Shown piece by piece: positions 34,341 through 46,275 of a stretch of 64,000 bases of DNA. The notes below the pieces were generated by a model, which did not search any database, was not told where the DNA came from, and saw only the letters and a program-made list of their open reading frames with translations. The number at the start of each line of letters is the position of its first letter. The stretch's first letter is position 1. The translations under genes and the position numbers were made by a program. The stretch spans positions 2,390-66,389 of the forward strand of contig JAODBH010000085.1 in NCBI GenBank assembly GCA_025463865.1, read 5' to 3'. This stretch comes from Actinomycetes bacterium. Lineage in GTDB: Bacteria > Actinomycetota > Acidimicrobiia > IMCC26256 > Chersky-534.

Positions 34341-35270
34341 TCAGAGCTGCGAGCGCACGAGACCGTCGAGGATGTCGGCCTCGCTCACCAACATCTCGTC
34401 GAAGCCGAAATGGCGGAAGATCGACACCAGGATCAGCGCACCACCCACGATGACGTCCGCCCGCTCCGGCTCGAGACCGGGGTTGTACCTGCGCTCGGCC
34501 AACGATTCGGTCGCCAAGGTCCGGAAGACGTCTTCGGCCGCGGCGTGCGTGAGATGGAAGTGGTGGATGCGATCGCGGTCGTAGGTCGCGAGGCCGAGCT
34601 CGATCGAGGCCACCGCACTGACCGTGCCCGCGAGCCCGACGAGGGTGGGGGCATCGCGTAGACCGGGCATCTCGTGGTCGACGTCGGCCAAGTAGTCGCG
34701 GACGACGGCCACCGCGTTCGAGAGCTCCTCGGGCGCGGGAGGGTCGGACGCGAGGAACTGCTCGGTGATGCGGACGCAGCCCACGTCGATCGACTTCGCC
34801 GCGACCGGTTCGCTCGAGCCGAGCACGAACTCGGTCGAGCCGCCGCCGATGTCGACGACGAGGTACGGCGCCGGGGCGTCCAGCTCGGCGGTCGCGCCGA
34901 GGAAGCTGAGCCGCGCCTCCTCGTCGCCCGAGATGAGCTCCAGATCGAAGCCCAGCACCTCCCGCGCGGGCACGAAGAGTTCGTCGCGGTTCTCCGCGTC
35001 GCGTGCCGCGCTCGTGGTGGTCGCGCGCGCGTGATGCAATCCGTGCGCGTCGAGGAGCTCCCGGTACCCGCGCAGGACCGCGAGCGTCCGTTCGATCGCA
35101 TCGGGACGCAGACGGCGGGTCGCGTTGACGCCCTGACCCATGCGGGTGATGGTCATCCGCCGCTCGAGCGTCCGCAGGCTCGGCGGTCCGTCGTTGTGAC
35201 GGTCGACCTCCGCGATCAGGAGCCGGGTGGAGTTCGTCCCGAGGTCGAGGCCGGCGTAGGTGTCGCTCAC
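34341..35270 (-). CDS. ppx: Exopolyphosphatase / guanosine pentaphosphate phosphohydrolase family (Ppx/GppA)
   Basis: GTG 35270. AGLDLGTNSTRLLIAE, VVDIGGGSTEFVLG, GLAGTV. Confidence 0.9.
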   Translation of the reverse strand: MSDTYAGLDLGTNSTRLLIAEVDRHNDGPPSLRTLERRMTITRMGQGVNATRRLRPDAIERTLAVLRGYRELLDAHGLHHARATTTSAARDAENRDELFVPAREVLGFDLELISGDEEARLSFLGATAELDAPAPYLVVDIGGGSTEFVLGSSEPVAAKSIDVGCVRITEQFLASDPPAPEELSNAVAVVRDYLADVDHEMPGLRDAPTLVGLAGTVSAVASIELGLATYDRDRIHHFHLTHAAAEDVFRTLATESLAERRYNPGLEPERADVIVGGALILVSIFRHFGFDEMLVSEADILDGLVRSQL

Positions 35271-35749
35271 GAGCTCGCGTTCCCAGCGGCCGCATCGGCG
35301 TCGAGCTCGGCCCGCACCCAGCGGCCGACCGGATCTTCGTTGCCGGCGAGCAGGTTGGCCAGGTGCGCGTGGAGACACTTCACGCCGACCCGGGTCCCGC
35401 CCACCCCGCCGGTCGGACGCGCACCCACATGACCCGGAGGCAACGCGGCATCGCGCTCACGCGCGTACGCGTCGTGCGTGGCGCGGAGTGCGTCGGCGTC
35501 GACCCCGGCCTCCGCGGCGCGCACACCGCCGCGCGACTCCACCCGTGCGACCGCTTCCGACAACGCCCGGTCGACGAGCCAGTAGCGGGTCGGCATCGGC
35601 GTCCCGTCGTGCAGCAACGGGGCGTTGCGGATGACGACCGGGGCGCCGACGGGCGTACGCACGACGATCTCGAAGTCGGCGCGCGGCGTTCGTCCCAGCA
35701 GTTCGGTGAGCTCGGCGATGTCGGCCGGGCTGGCCGAGGCGGTGGACAC
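35267..35749 (-). CDS. DUF501 domain protein
   Basis: PMPTRYWLV, GGTRVGVKCLHAHLA. Conserved position between ftsB/divIC and ppx. 4-nt overlap with ppx. Confidence 0.8.
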   Translation of the reverse strand: MSTASASPADIAELTELLGRTPRADFEIVVRTPVGAPVVIRNAPLLHDGTPMPTRYWLVDRALSEAVARVESRGGVRAAEAGVDADALRATHDAYARERDAALPPGHVGARPTGGVGGTRVGVKCLHAHLANLLAGNEDPVGRWVRAELDADAAAGNASS

Positions 35750-35779
35750 GACCGTCAGTGTACGAGGCCCGGGGAACGG

Positions 35780-37613
<1,834 letters not shown>

Positions 37614-37669
37614 TCACCGATCGTGGTCGCCGCAGTCACCGAGCTCGGCGCGCCCGAGCGCGGCCGCTC

Positions 37670-39184
37670 TCACGCCGGATCGGACCGCACGCCCCCTGCC
37701 CGGCGCCACAGCTCCGCGGCCCGGACGTGGTCGAGGGTTGTGACATCAACGCCCTCTTCGTCCGCTATGACCTCGAACGATCGGAATCGGCGGATCAGGT
37801 CCTGGACCCAGGCCCGGAGGGCCCCCTCGGCGTCGACGCCGCGGCTCCGGGCCACGAGGACGACAGCGCCCAACATCGACCCGATCAGGAGGGTATCGGT
37901 GTCGTCACCCTCTTCGGCGTGTTCAGCAGTGAACGCGGCCATCGCGGCTTGCACGGCCGGCAACGCCTCAGGAGCGACCGCATCGGTGATGCCCGCCGTC
38001 TTCGCCTTGCTGAGGAGCTTGTCGGCGAAGAGCAGGGCGGGCAGACCGGGCGTGATGCCGGCGACGAGTGACCGCCCACCCTTCTCGGCCCGCTTGATCT
38101 GCTCCCAGGTCTGGAGGACCTCGGCCGCCGACCCGGGGGCGTCGACGCCGAACACGTCGGGGTGGCGGCGCACGAGCTTGTCGTGGATGCCGCGCGCCAC
38201 GTCGGCGATCGAGAACGCGCCCCGCTCCCCGGCCAGGATCGAGTGGAAGACCACCTGGTAGAGCAGGTCGCCGAGCTCGTCGGCCAACAGAGCGTCGAGC
38301 TCGGGATCCACGTCGGCCGGCGGTGCGTCGGGTGGGAGGCGCTCCACGGCCTCGAGCGTCTCGTACGCCTCCTCGATCAGGTACTTCGCCAGGGAGGCGT
38401 GGGTCTGCTCGGCGTCCCAAGGGCATCCACCGGGCCCCCGCAGGCGTTCGGCCAGCTCGACCAGGCGGACGAACTCGGCGCCCACCCTGGCCCCGCCGAC
38501 ATCGACGAACACCGCGGTGAGGTGATCGGGCTCGAGGCTGCGGTCCAGATCGACCAGCTCGAGGTGGGTCACCAGCTCGTCGGGCAGGCCCAGGCGCTGC
38601 AGGCCGACGACCGGATGGTCGGCCTGGAGGACCTCGAGCAGGGCGAGCTTCACGTCCGAGAGCACGAACTGCGAGTCGCATTGCGCCACCAACATGGCGC
38701 CGCCGAGACCAGCCGCGCCGGCCGCGAAGGCGCGGGCGTCGACGACCCGTGCCCCGCCCATGGGGTCGATCCCCAGGCGGGCCCAGGCGAGATCGGCGAA
38801 CGACAGTCCCGGGACGACCCGTACCTCGACCTCACCACGACCCGCGGCCTCTTGCAGGAGGGCGACGCTCTGCTCCGCGACCGCGGGATTCCCCGGCACT
38901 GCGTACACGACGTGACCGACACGGTTCGCGGCAGCGACCACGGTGCCGGCGATCGTCCCGTAGGCGTCGGCGAGGGACGGGGCGGCGTCGTAGACGGCGT
39001 CGAAGCTCTCGAAGCCGATGCCCTCGGCCTCGAGCTGCTGCACCGCCGGGTGGCGGGACGTGCGCACGAATCGCGCCGCCGCGGCCGTCAGTGCGGTGCG
39101 GGCCGCAGGAAGCAGCAGGTCGGTGCCGGCCGGGCCGAGCCCGACGATCGAGACGACTCCCGAGCCGGAAGCCGGCTCCCTCAT
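37670..39184 (-). CDS. mazG: YabN-type fusion: tetrapyrrole-methylase-like domain + tandem MazG NTP pyrophosphohydrolase domains
   Basis: N-terminus VVSIVGLGPAGTDLL...VVYAVPGNPAVAE (TP-methylase fold), then CPWDAEQTHASLAKYLIEEAYE...ELGDLLYQV and a second MazG-like repeat. Confidence 0.9.
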   Translation of the reverse strand: MREPASGSGVVSIVGLGPAGTDLLLPAARTALTAAAARFVRTSRHPAVQQLEAEGIGFESFDAVYDAAPSLADAYGTIAGTVVAAANRVGHVVYAVPGNPAVAEQSVALLQEAAGRGEVEVRVVPGLSFADLAWARLGIDPMGGARVVDARAFAAGAAGLGGAMLVAQCDSQFVLSDVKLALLEVLQADHPVVGLQRLGLPDELVTHLELVDLDRSLEPDHLTAVFVDVGGARVGAEFVRLVELAERLRGPGGCPWDAEQTHASLAKYLIEEAYETLEAVERLPPDAPPADVDPELDALLADELGDLLYQVVFHSILAGERGAFSIADVARGIHDKLVRRHPDVFGVDAPGSAAEVLQTWEQIKRAEKGGRSLVAGITPGLPALLFADKLLSKAKTAGITDAVAPEALPAVQAAMAAFTAEHAEEGDDTDTLLIGSMLGAVVLVARSRGVDAEGALRAWVQDLIRRFRSFEVIADEEGVDVTTLDHVRAAELWRRAGGVRSDPA

Positions 39185-40221
39185 CCGGCCGGCGGCGCGG
39201 TGGTGGCGGTCGTCGCGGTGGCCCCGGTGGGTGCCGTCGTGGGCGCGCCGGCGACCTTTCCGCCCGGCTGGTCCAAGGTGGCGGGGGTCTTCGGCGGCGA
39301 GACGGTGAACCCGGTACCGGCGACGAACTTGACCGTCCCGTACTGCGGGTTCACGTGGACATCACCGCGGTAGGGCCGTTGGATCGCGAGCAGGGCCTCG
39401 GTCTGGGCCGCGGTCGCGATCTCGGCCGCGAGGACCTCGGGCCCGTAGGGCTCGACCGTCGCGACGTAGGTGCTGCCCGAGACCGTGACCGGCTTCGACG
39501 GCGCACCCGGCTGGAGGCCGGTGACCGCGGCGGCGAGCTCCGCCGGGATGCTCGGGTCGTTGGCGCAACCGGCCACGCCACCCTCGGCTGCGGTCGTCGT
39601 CTCGATCGACTCGCGCTTGGCGACGTCGGAGAAGGAGGCGCCCGCGTTGATCTGGGCGATCACCGCGTCGGCCGTGGTCGCGTCCGGGACCTGGATGATG
39701 AGGAGGATGTCGGGGCACTGCGCCGCGTTGGCCGCGAACTTCGACTGGTAGAGCGCGGCGCGCTGCGCGGCGGTGGTCTTCGTGACCGCGACGGTGCGGG
39801 CCTTCCGGTCGATCTCGAGGTTGCGGAACCAGGCGGGGAAGGCCGCGAAGGTCTTGGCGCCGCCGAAGGACCCCTGCGCGAGTGTCTTCCCCGCGGCGCG
39901 GTCGGCCGCGGTGAGCTTCTTGTGCGCCGCGGCGAACGTGCGGTCGATCATCTTCTGGACGATCACCTGGTTCATCCAGCTGGCGGCAATCGAGCTGCTC
40001 ACGAGGTGCTTGCCGTCGGAGATGGATCCGCCTCCGGCCTTCACCGCCTGCGCCAGCAGCTTGTTGTCGCGCAGCGCCGTGAGCTCGCGGTTGAAGCTGC
40101 TGGTGGAGATCGAGGAGGCCTTGACCGTCGCCGCATCGGCCCGCGGAGAGCCGGAGCAACCGGCGCCGACCAGGGCGGCGACGAGGACGAACGCGATGAT
40201 GCCGAGAGAGGTTCGCTGCAC
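39181..40221 (-). CDS. Lipoprotein with SurA-N-like and degenerate parvulin-like domains
   Basis: GTG 40221. Lipobox LVGAGCSG. FAAFPAWFRNLEIDRKAR, ILLIIQVPD...INAGASFSDVAKRES. T/A/P-rich tail. ATGA overlap with mazG. Confidence 0.75.
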   Translation of the reverse strand: MQRTSLGIIAFVLVAALVGAGCSGSPRADAATVKASSISTSSFNRELTALRDNKLLAQAVKAGGGSISDGKHLVSSSIAASWMNQVIVQKMIDRTFAAAHKKLTAADRAAGKTLAQGSFGGAKTFAAFPAWFRNLEIDRKARTVAVTKTTAAQRAALYQSKFAANAAQCPDILLIIQVPDATTADAVIAQINAGASFSDVAKRESIETTTAAEGGVAGCANDPSIPAELAAAVTGLQPGAPSKPVTVSGSTYVATVEPYGPEVLAAEIATAAQTEALLAIQRPYRGDVHVNPQYGTVKFVAGTGFTVSPPKTPATLDQPGGKVAGAPTTAPTGATATTATTAPPAG

Positions 40222-40247
40222 GGGGGGCAATCTACCGGGAGGCGCGG

Positions 40248-41351
40248 TCAGCCGGACGAGCCGGGAGCGGGAGCGGCCGTCGTGGCCGGCGCCGTGGTGG
40301 CCGGCGCGGTGGTGGTCGGCGCCACCGTGGTCGTCGTCGGCTTGGTGCCGGGCGCCTGGACTTCGACGCCCTTGTCGGTGCGGACGAGCTTGCCCCAACG
40401 CTTGTCGATGCTGATCTTCGCCGCCGCGAGCTGCTTGGTGAAGTCGGCCGAGAACTTGTTGGCGTCCTCCTGCTGGATGGCCAGCCGGATCTGGCCCTTC
40501 TCGTTGGCGTACTCCATGTTCTGGACCTGGATGATGTGCCACGAGTTGGCGACGTGGACGGGGGCCGACAGCTGGTTGAGCGGCAGCGCCTCGGCCGCGG
40601 TCTGGAAGTCGGCGACGAACTGCTTCTCGACGAGGCAACCGAGCTCACCGCCGACGGCGCCCGAGGTGCGGTCGGTGCTGTCGGACTTCGCCAGCGCGGC
40701 GAAGTCGCCGCCGGCCGCCAGCTTCTTCTCGATCGCGTCGGCCTGGGCCTTGGTCTTCGTCTCGATGTGGCGCACCAGCTTCTTGGAGGTGCAGCCGCTC
40801 TCGAGGTCGGTCCGGTGCGCGGCGTAGTAGGTCGCGAGCTCGGCTTCGCCCGGCGGGCCGCCGCCCTGCGCGTCGATCAACGCGATGAGTCGGGCCTGGC
40901 GGTCGATCAGCGTCTGGCGGAACTTCGCCGGGAACCCGTTGACGATCGGAACGCCCGCCTCGGGTGCGGACGGGGTGCTGAACTGCGCAATGATCTGGCT
41001 CTTCGCCTCGGCCCGCTGATCGGCGGAGAGCTTCAGCTTCTTCCGGGCGAAGTCGCTGTCGGCCACGCTCTGCTGGATCTCGCTGGTGAGCCAGGAGGCG
41101 GCGATCGCCGCGTCGTACTTGTCGCTGCCGGTGCGGACCGCCTTCACCCCGCTCGCCTTGAGCTGCTTCGCGAGCGGCTTGTTCGCGGCGAGGGTGTCGA
41201 GCTCCGCCGTGAACGACGAGTTCGAGATCTTCTTGCCGTCGACGGAGAAGGCGGTCCCGCTGATCGCTGCGCCCGCGGGCGCCGCCACGAAGGCGACGCA
41301 CAGAGCGGCGACGAGCACTGGCGACACCAGGCGGATGCGGCGGAAGATCAT
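40248..41351 (-). CDS. Secreted parvulin-type peptidyl-prolyl isomerase (PrsA/SurA-like)
   Basis: ATG 41351 (ATGA overlap with the mfd stop). Signal peptide. RHIETKTKAQADAIEKKLAAGGDFAALAKSDSTDRTSGAVGGELGCL...SWHIIQV. T/A/P-rich tail. Confidence 0.8.
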   Translation of the reverse strand: MIFRRIRLVSPVLVAALCVAFVAAPAGAAISGTAFSVDGKKISNSSFTAELDTLAANKPLAKQLKASGVKAVRTGSDKYDAAIAASWLTSEIQQSVADSDFARKKLKLSADQRAEAKSQIIAQFSTPSAPEAGVPIVNGFPAKFRQTLIDRQARLIALIDAQGGGPPGEAELATYYAAHRTDLESGCTSKKLVRHIETKTKAQADAIEKKLAAGGDFAALAKSDSTDRTSGAVGGELGCLVEKQFVADFQTAAEALPLNQLSAPVHVANSWHIIQVQNMEYANEKGQIRLAIQQEDANKFSADFTKQLAAAKISIDKRWGKLVRTDKGVEVQAPGTKPTTTTVAPTTTAPATTAPATTAAPAPGSSG

Positions 41352-44300
41352 GACGCCGAGGACCCTACCGGGACCGGTGACTCGAGCGGCATCAGGTCCT
41401 GCAACAGCGAGCGGACCGTCGCGGCGGCCGTTTCCGGACCGCCCTTGAGCGGGATCACGGTCTCGTCGGGCTTGTACACCGCCCGGGGCGCGAGTCGTTG
41501 GAGCCGCACCTTTTGCGACTCCTTGAGCTCGAGGCCGACCACCCGGGCCACGCCCTTCTGGACGGTCACGCTGCGAAGCCCGAGGCGCACGCACTCGGCA
41601 CGGAGCCGGGCGACCTCGAGCAACGCCTCGGCCGCGGCCGGAAGCGGCCCGTACCGGTCGAGCCACTCGTTCTCGATGTCGCGGACGTCGGCCTCGTCGC
41701 CCACCGCCGCGAGGCGCCGGTACGCCTCCATCCGGACGTCGTCGCGCTCGACGTAGTTGCGCGGGAGATGCGCGTCGACCGGCACGTCGATCGTGATCTC
41801 CTTCGGCTTCTCGATCGTCTGGCCGGTGAGCTCGCCGACCGCCTCGGTGACCATCTCGCAATAGAGGTCGAAGCCGACCGCGGCGATGTGCCCGCTCTGC
41901 ACGCCGCCGAGCAGGTTGCCGGCCCCGCGGATCTCGAGGTCGCGCATCGCGATCTTGAACCCCGACCCGAGATCGGTGAACTCGCCGATCGTCTTGAGCC
42001 GTTCGTACGCCTCTTCGCTCAGCTTCCGGTCGGGCGGGAAGAGCAGGTACGCGTACGCGCGCTGTCCCCGTCGTCCGACCCGGCCCCGCAACTGGTAGAG
42101 CTGCGAGAGCCCGAGCATGTCGGCGCGGTCGACCACCAGCGTGTTGACGTTCGGGATGTCGAGCCCGCTCTCGATGATCGTGGTGGACACGAGCACGTCG
42201 TAGTTGCGCTCCCAGAAGTCGAGCACGATGCGCTCGAGCTGGCCCTCGTCCATCTGCCCGTGCGCGACCGCGATGCGCGCCTCGGGCACGATCGCCTGCA
42301 GCTGCGCGGCGACGTGCTCGATGTCCTGCACGCGGTTGTGGACGTAGAAGACCTGGCCCTCACGGAGAAGCTCGCGTCGGATCGCCTCGGCGACGGCCCG
42401 CTCGTCGTACTCGTCCACATAGGTCAGGATCGGCTGGCGGTCCTCCGGAGGCGTGTTCACCAGCGACAGGTCGCGGATGCCGGTGAGGCTCATCTCGAGC
42501 GTGCGCGGGATGGGGGTTGCGGAGAGGGTCACGACGTCGACGTCGGCTCGCATCTGCTTGATCTTCTCTTTGTGGCTCACACCGAAGCGCTGTTCCTCGT
42601 CGACGACGAGAAGCCCGAGGTCCTTGAACTTGATGTCCTCGGAGAGCAACCGGTGCGTGCCGATCACCACGTCCACCGCGCCGCTCGCGACTCCGTCGCT
42701 CACCGCGCGTTGCTCCTTCGCGGTGAGGAAGCGCGACATGACCTCCACCCGGACCGGGTAGTTGGCAAATCGCTCCCGGAACGTCTGGCCGTGTTGGTTC
42801 GCGAGCAGCGTCGTGGGCACGAGGACCGCCACCTGCTTGCCGTCCTGCACGGCCTTGAAGGCGGCGCGCACCGCAACCTCGGTCTTGCCGTAGCCGACGT
42901 CGCCACAGACGAGGCGGTCCATCGGTACGGTGCGTTCCATGTCGGCCTTCACCGCGAGGATCGCGGCGAGCTGGTCGGGCGTCTCCTCGTACGGGAACGC
43001 GTCCTCGATCTCCTGCTGCCACGGCGTGTCGGGGGCGAACGCGTGGCCGGCGGTCGCGAGTCGGCGTCGGTAGAGGACCACGAGCTCCTGCGCGATCTCG
43101 TTGACCGCGGATCGCACCTTGGCCCGCGCCTTGGCGAAGTCGGTGCCGCCCAGCCGGTGCAGGCTCGGAGTCTCTCCACCGGTGTAGCGGCGGACGATCC
43201 CCACCTGGTCGGTGGGCACGTACAGCTTGTCGGCTCCGCGGTACGCGAGCAGGAGGTAGTCGCGCTCCACGCCGCCGATACCCCGCGTGACCATGCCTTC
43301 GTAGCGGCCGACGCCGTGAACCTGGTGCACGACGTAGTCGCCGGGCTTGAGGTCGTCGTAGTAGTCGGCTCCCTTGCGCGCACCGCGCGGACGCCGGTGG
43401 ACGCGTCGCCGTCCGGTCAGGTCGGACTCGGCCACGATCGCGAGCCGCACACCCGGCAGGACCGCGCCCCGCTCGAGCGGCGCGGTCACGAGGTTGATGC
43501 CGGGTTCGCGCAGCAGCGCGGGCGTGAGGTCCTCCTGCACCGGGACTTCGAGACCCTCGCCGGCGAGCACGTCGTGCAGCCGGCGCGCCGAACCCGTGCC
43601 TTCGGCGGTGATCACGACGCGCATGCCTTCGCCCCGCAGGCGACGCAGCCGGCTGGCCAAGGCCTCGGAATCGCCGACGACCGGATCGAACGCGGTGGAC
43701 GCGAGCATCGGCGTTCCTGGGGCGTCGGGCGTGCTCAACAGCGACGCGGCGCCGGCCTTGGTCTCGGTGAGCAGCCGTTCGAAGGGCAGCGAGAGACGGG
43801 GAAGATCGCGGTCGGTGTCGACGCCCCACGCACCGCCGAGCGCGCGTGCGAGCGCGTCCTCCTCGTCGAGGAGCTCCTGGGCCCGGTCGCGCATGCGCTT
43901 CGGCTCGACCAGGAGCACCAACGCCTCGCGCGGGAGCAGATCGGTGAGCAGCCGCTCGTCCTTGCAGAGCCACGGCAGCCAGCTCTCCATGCCGTCGAAG
44001 ACCTGGCCTTCGGCGAGGCGCTCCCACTGCTCGCGACCCCACGGCTCGGCGGTGATGAGCTCGTCGGCCCGGGCCCGCACCTCGAGCGTCGGGAGGAGCT
44101 CGCGGGCCGGGAAGATCGCGACCGCGGCGAGATCGTGGGTCGACCGCTGGTCGGCGACCGAGAACCCCGACAGCCGGTCGACCTCGTCTCCCCACAGATC
44201 GACGCGCACCGGGTGGTCGGCGGTCGACGGGTAGACGTCGATGATCGAGCCGCGCACCGCGACCTCGCCCCGCGACTCGACCTGGTACTCGCGCCGGTAG

Positions 44301-44830
44301 CCGTCAGCGACGAGACGCTCGATCAGGCCGTCGCGGTCGACTTGCTGGCCGGGTTGGAGGACGACGGGGTCGACGTCCTCGACGTGCGGGCCGAGCCGCT
44401 GCACGAGCGCGCGGATCGGGGCGACGATGACGGCTGGGGTGTGCCGGCCACCCTCGCGCAAGCGCCACATCACCCGTTGGCGTCGACCCATGGTCTCGAG
44501 ACCGGGCGAGACCCGCTCGAACGGCAGGGTCTCCCACGCGGGGAAGCGCTCCACCTCGGCGTCGCCGAGGTACTGGCGCAGATCGTGCTCGAGCCGCTCG
44601 GCCTCGTTGGCGGTGGGAACCGCCACGACCACCGGGCGGCGGCCGGTCGTCGAGTGCAACGCGGCGGTGAACAACGCCCGAGCGGAGTCGGGAACCGCGA
44701 CGACGCGGTCGCGGCCGACAGCCGCACCGAGCAGCGCGGGCTCCTCCGCGAGCAGCGCAGGAAGCGCCGCCAGCGGTGGAGTCGCGGGCGCGGCGGGATC
44801 GATTTCGGGAGGCTCGGGAGCGGTGGTCAT
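41348..44830 (-). CDS. mfd: Transcription-repair coupling factor
   Basis: 1160 aa. DYVVHQVHGVGRY (RNAP-interaction domain), CGDVGYGKTEVA, VVDEEQRFGV, SATPIPRTL, QLRGRVGR. Confidence 0.97.
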   Translation of the reverse strand: MTTAPEPPEIDPAAPATPPLAALPALLAEEPALLGAAVGRDRVVAVPDSARALFTAALHSTTGRRPVVVAVPTANEAERLEHDLRQYLGDAEVERFPAWETLPFERVSPGLETMGRRQRVMWRLREGGRHTPAVIVAPIRALVQRLGPHVEDVDPVVLQPGQQVDRDGLIERLVADGYRREYQVESRGEVAVRGSIIDVYPSTADHPVRVDLWGDEVDRLSGFSVADQRSTHDLAAVAIFPARELLPTLEVRARADELITAEPWGREQWERLAEGQVFDGMESWLPWLCKDERLLTDLLPREALVLLVEPKRMRDRAQELLDEEDALARALGGAWGVDTDRDLPRLSLPFERLLTETKAGAASLLSTPDAPGTPMLASTAFDPVVGDSEALASRLRRLRGEGMRVVITAEGTGSARRLHDVLAGEGLEVPVQEDLTPALLREPGINLVTAPLERGAVLPGVRLAIVAESDLTGRRRVHRRPRGARKGADYYDDLKPGDYVVHQVHGVGRYEGMVTRGIGGVERDYLLLAYRGADKLYVPTDQVGIVRRYTGGETPSLHRLGGTDFAKARAKVRSAVNEIAQELVVLYRRRLATAGHAFAPDTPWQQEIEDAFPYEETPDQLAAILAVKADMERTVPMDRLVCGDVGYGKTEVAVRAAFKAVQDGKQVAVLVPTTLLANQHGQTFRERFANYPVRVEVMSRFLTAKEQRAVSDGVASGAVDVVIGTHRLLSEDIKFKDLGLLVVDEEQRFGVSHKEKIKQMRADVDVVTLSATPIPRTLEMSLTGIRDLSLVNTPPEDRQPILTYVDEYDERAVAEAIRRELLREGQVFYVHNRVQDIEHVAAQLQAIVPEARIAVAHGQMDEGQLERIVLDFWERNYDVLVSTTIIESGLDIPNVNTLVVDRADMLGLSQLYQLRGRVGRRGQRAYAYLLFPPDRKLSEEAYERLKTIGEFTDLGSGFKIAMRDLEIRGAGNLLGGVQSGHIAAVGFDLYCEMVTEAVGELTGQTIEKPKEITIDVPVDAHLPRNYVERDDVRMEAYRRLAAVGDEADVRDIENEWLDRYGPLPAAAEALLEVARLRAECVRLGLRSVTVQKGVARVVGLELKESQKVRLQRLAPRAVYKPDETVIPLKGGPETAAATVRSLLQDLMPLESPVPVGSSAS

Positions 44831-44900
44831 GTTCGCTTTCTGGACGCGCGAAGAGGCCCGGAAGAACGACTCCCCGGGTACCTCGCGAGGGTACCGGCTC

Positions 44901-45509
44901 TCAGTTGAACCGATTCATCGCGGCATCCATGCCCTCGGTCGCGATGAGCTCCACCGCGTCGGCCGCGCGTTCGACCGTCACGTCGACGGCCTCGCGGTCG
45001 GCCTTCGAGAACCGCTTGAGGACGTGATCCGCACCCTGTTTCTTGCCGCCGGGCGGCTTGCCCACCCCGATGCGAACCCGCCCGAAGCCGTCGTCCTTGA
45101 GGTGCGCCTTGATCGAGCGCAGACCGTTGTGACCCGCGAGACCGCCGCCGATCTTCAGCTTCAGCGCCGCGGGCGGGAGGTCGAGCTCGTCGTGGACGAC
45201 CACGAGGTCGGGGACGGCCACGCCGTAGCGCCGGACGAGCGGCGCGACGGCCTGCCCCGAGTCGTTCATGAAGGTGAGCGGGACCGCGAGCGCGACGCGA
45301 CGGCCGCCGATGCGCACCTCGGTCGTGAACGCGCGCTCCTTGCTCTTCTTCAACCGCCCGCCGTGACGGGACGCAAGGAGCTCGACGACCTCCGCACCCA
45401 CGTTGTGGCGGGTGCGGTGGAACTCGTCCCCGGGATTCCCGAGCCCGACCACGAGCAGGTCGGCCGGGGTCCCGGTGCGCTCGCCGCCACGCGACGGGCG
45501 CCGGAGCAC
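44901..45509 (-). CDS. pth: Peptidyl-tRNA hydrolase
   Basis: LVVGLGNPGDEFHRTRHNVG, MNDSGQAV, HDELDLP, GHNGLRS. Confidence 0.95.
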   Translation of the reverse strand: MLRRPSRGGERTGTPADLLVVGLGNPGDEFHRTRHNVGAEVVELLASRHGGRLKKSKERAFTTEVRIGGRRVALAVPLTFMNDSGQAVAPLVRRYGVAVPDLVVVHDELDLPPAALKLKIGGGLAGHNGLRSIKAHLKDDGFGRVRIGVGKPPGGKKQGADHVLKRFSKADREAVDVTVERAADAVELIATEGMDAAMNRFN

Positions 45510-45512
45510 GGG

Positions 45513-46169
45513 CTACTCCCCGGAGGAGTCGCCGCCGTCGCCCTCAGCCGCTTCGCCGGCTTCGGCGGCAGCCTCGGCCGCGGCTTCGGCTTCCTGCTCG
45601 CCGATGTCGACACCACGAGGCGCGACGACTTGGGCCGCGAGCTCGTCAGGGTCCTGGGTGGTGACCACGCCACGGGGCAGCACGAGATCGCGCACGTGGA
45701 TCTGGTCGCCCACGATCATGACCGAGATGTCGTGTTCGATCGCCGCGGGGATGTCGGCCGGCAGCGCTTCCACCGTGAGGGTGAAGACCAACTGCTCGAG
45801 CAGGCCACCGTCGAGGACACCGACGGACTCCCCGGTCAGGTGCAGCGGGACCTCGGCGGCGACCGCCACGTTGGCGCTCACCCGGATGAAGTCGACGTGC
45901 ACCAGGTCACCGCGGGTCGGGTGGCGCTGGATCTGGCGGGCCAGGGTCAGGACGTTCTTGCCGCCGAGCTCGAGGGTGATGACCGTGTTGGAGCCGCTCG
46001 CACCGCCGAGGATCCGGCTCAGATCGCGGGCGGAGACGGTGATCGGCTCGGAGGGCTCGTCGAGGCCGTAGACCACGGACGGGACCAAGCCGGTGCGCCG
46101 GATGCGCCCCGAAGGGCGCGAGCCCAACTCGGTGCGGGGTTCGGCGCTGAGAGTGTTGGTGTCCGCCAT
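45513..46169 (-). CDS. rplY: 50S ribosomal protein L25 (Ctc form) with acidic tail
   Basis: ATG 46169. GLVPSVVYG, RHPTRGDLVHVDF, VPLHLTGES. Confidence 0.95.
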   Translation of the reverse strand: MADTNTLSAEPRTELGSRPSGRIRRTGLVPSVVYGLDEPSEPITVSARDLSRILGGASGSNTVITLELGGKNVLTLARQIQRHPTRGDLVHVDFIRVSANVAVAAEVPLHLTGESVGVLDGGLLEQLVFTLTVEALPADIPAAIEHDISVMIVGDQIHVRDLVLPRGVVTTQDPDELAAQVVAPRGVDIGEQEAEAAAEAAAEAGEAAEGDGGDSSGE

Positions 46170-46275
46170 GGCGCGAGTCGTCCTTCGTGGAACTGCAGGG
46201 GAACGAGCCATTCTGCTCGTTCCGGGCGCCGGATGCCACCCGGGTGGGCGGCTCAGGGCCCGATCGGGCGGCGAA

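Noticed and set aside
41498-44908. 1136-aa plus-strand ORF
   Set aside because: Antisense to mfd, which is unambiguous. The composition is typical of high-GC shadow frames.
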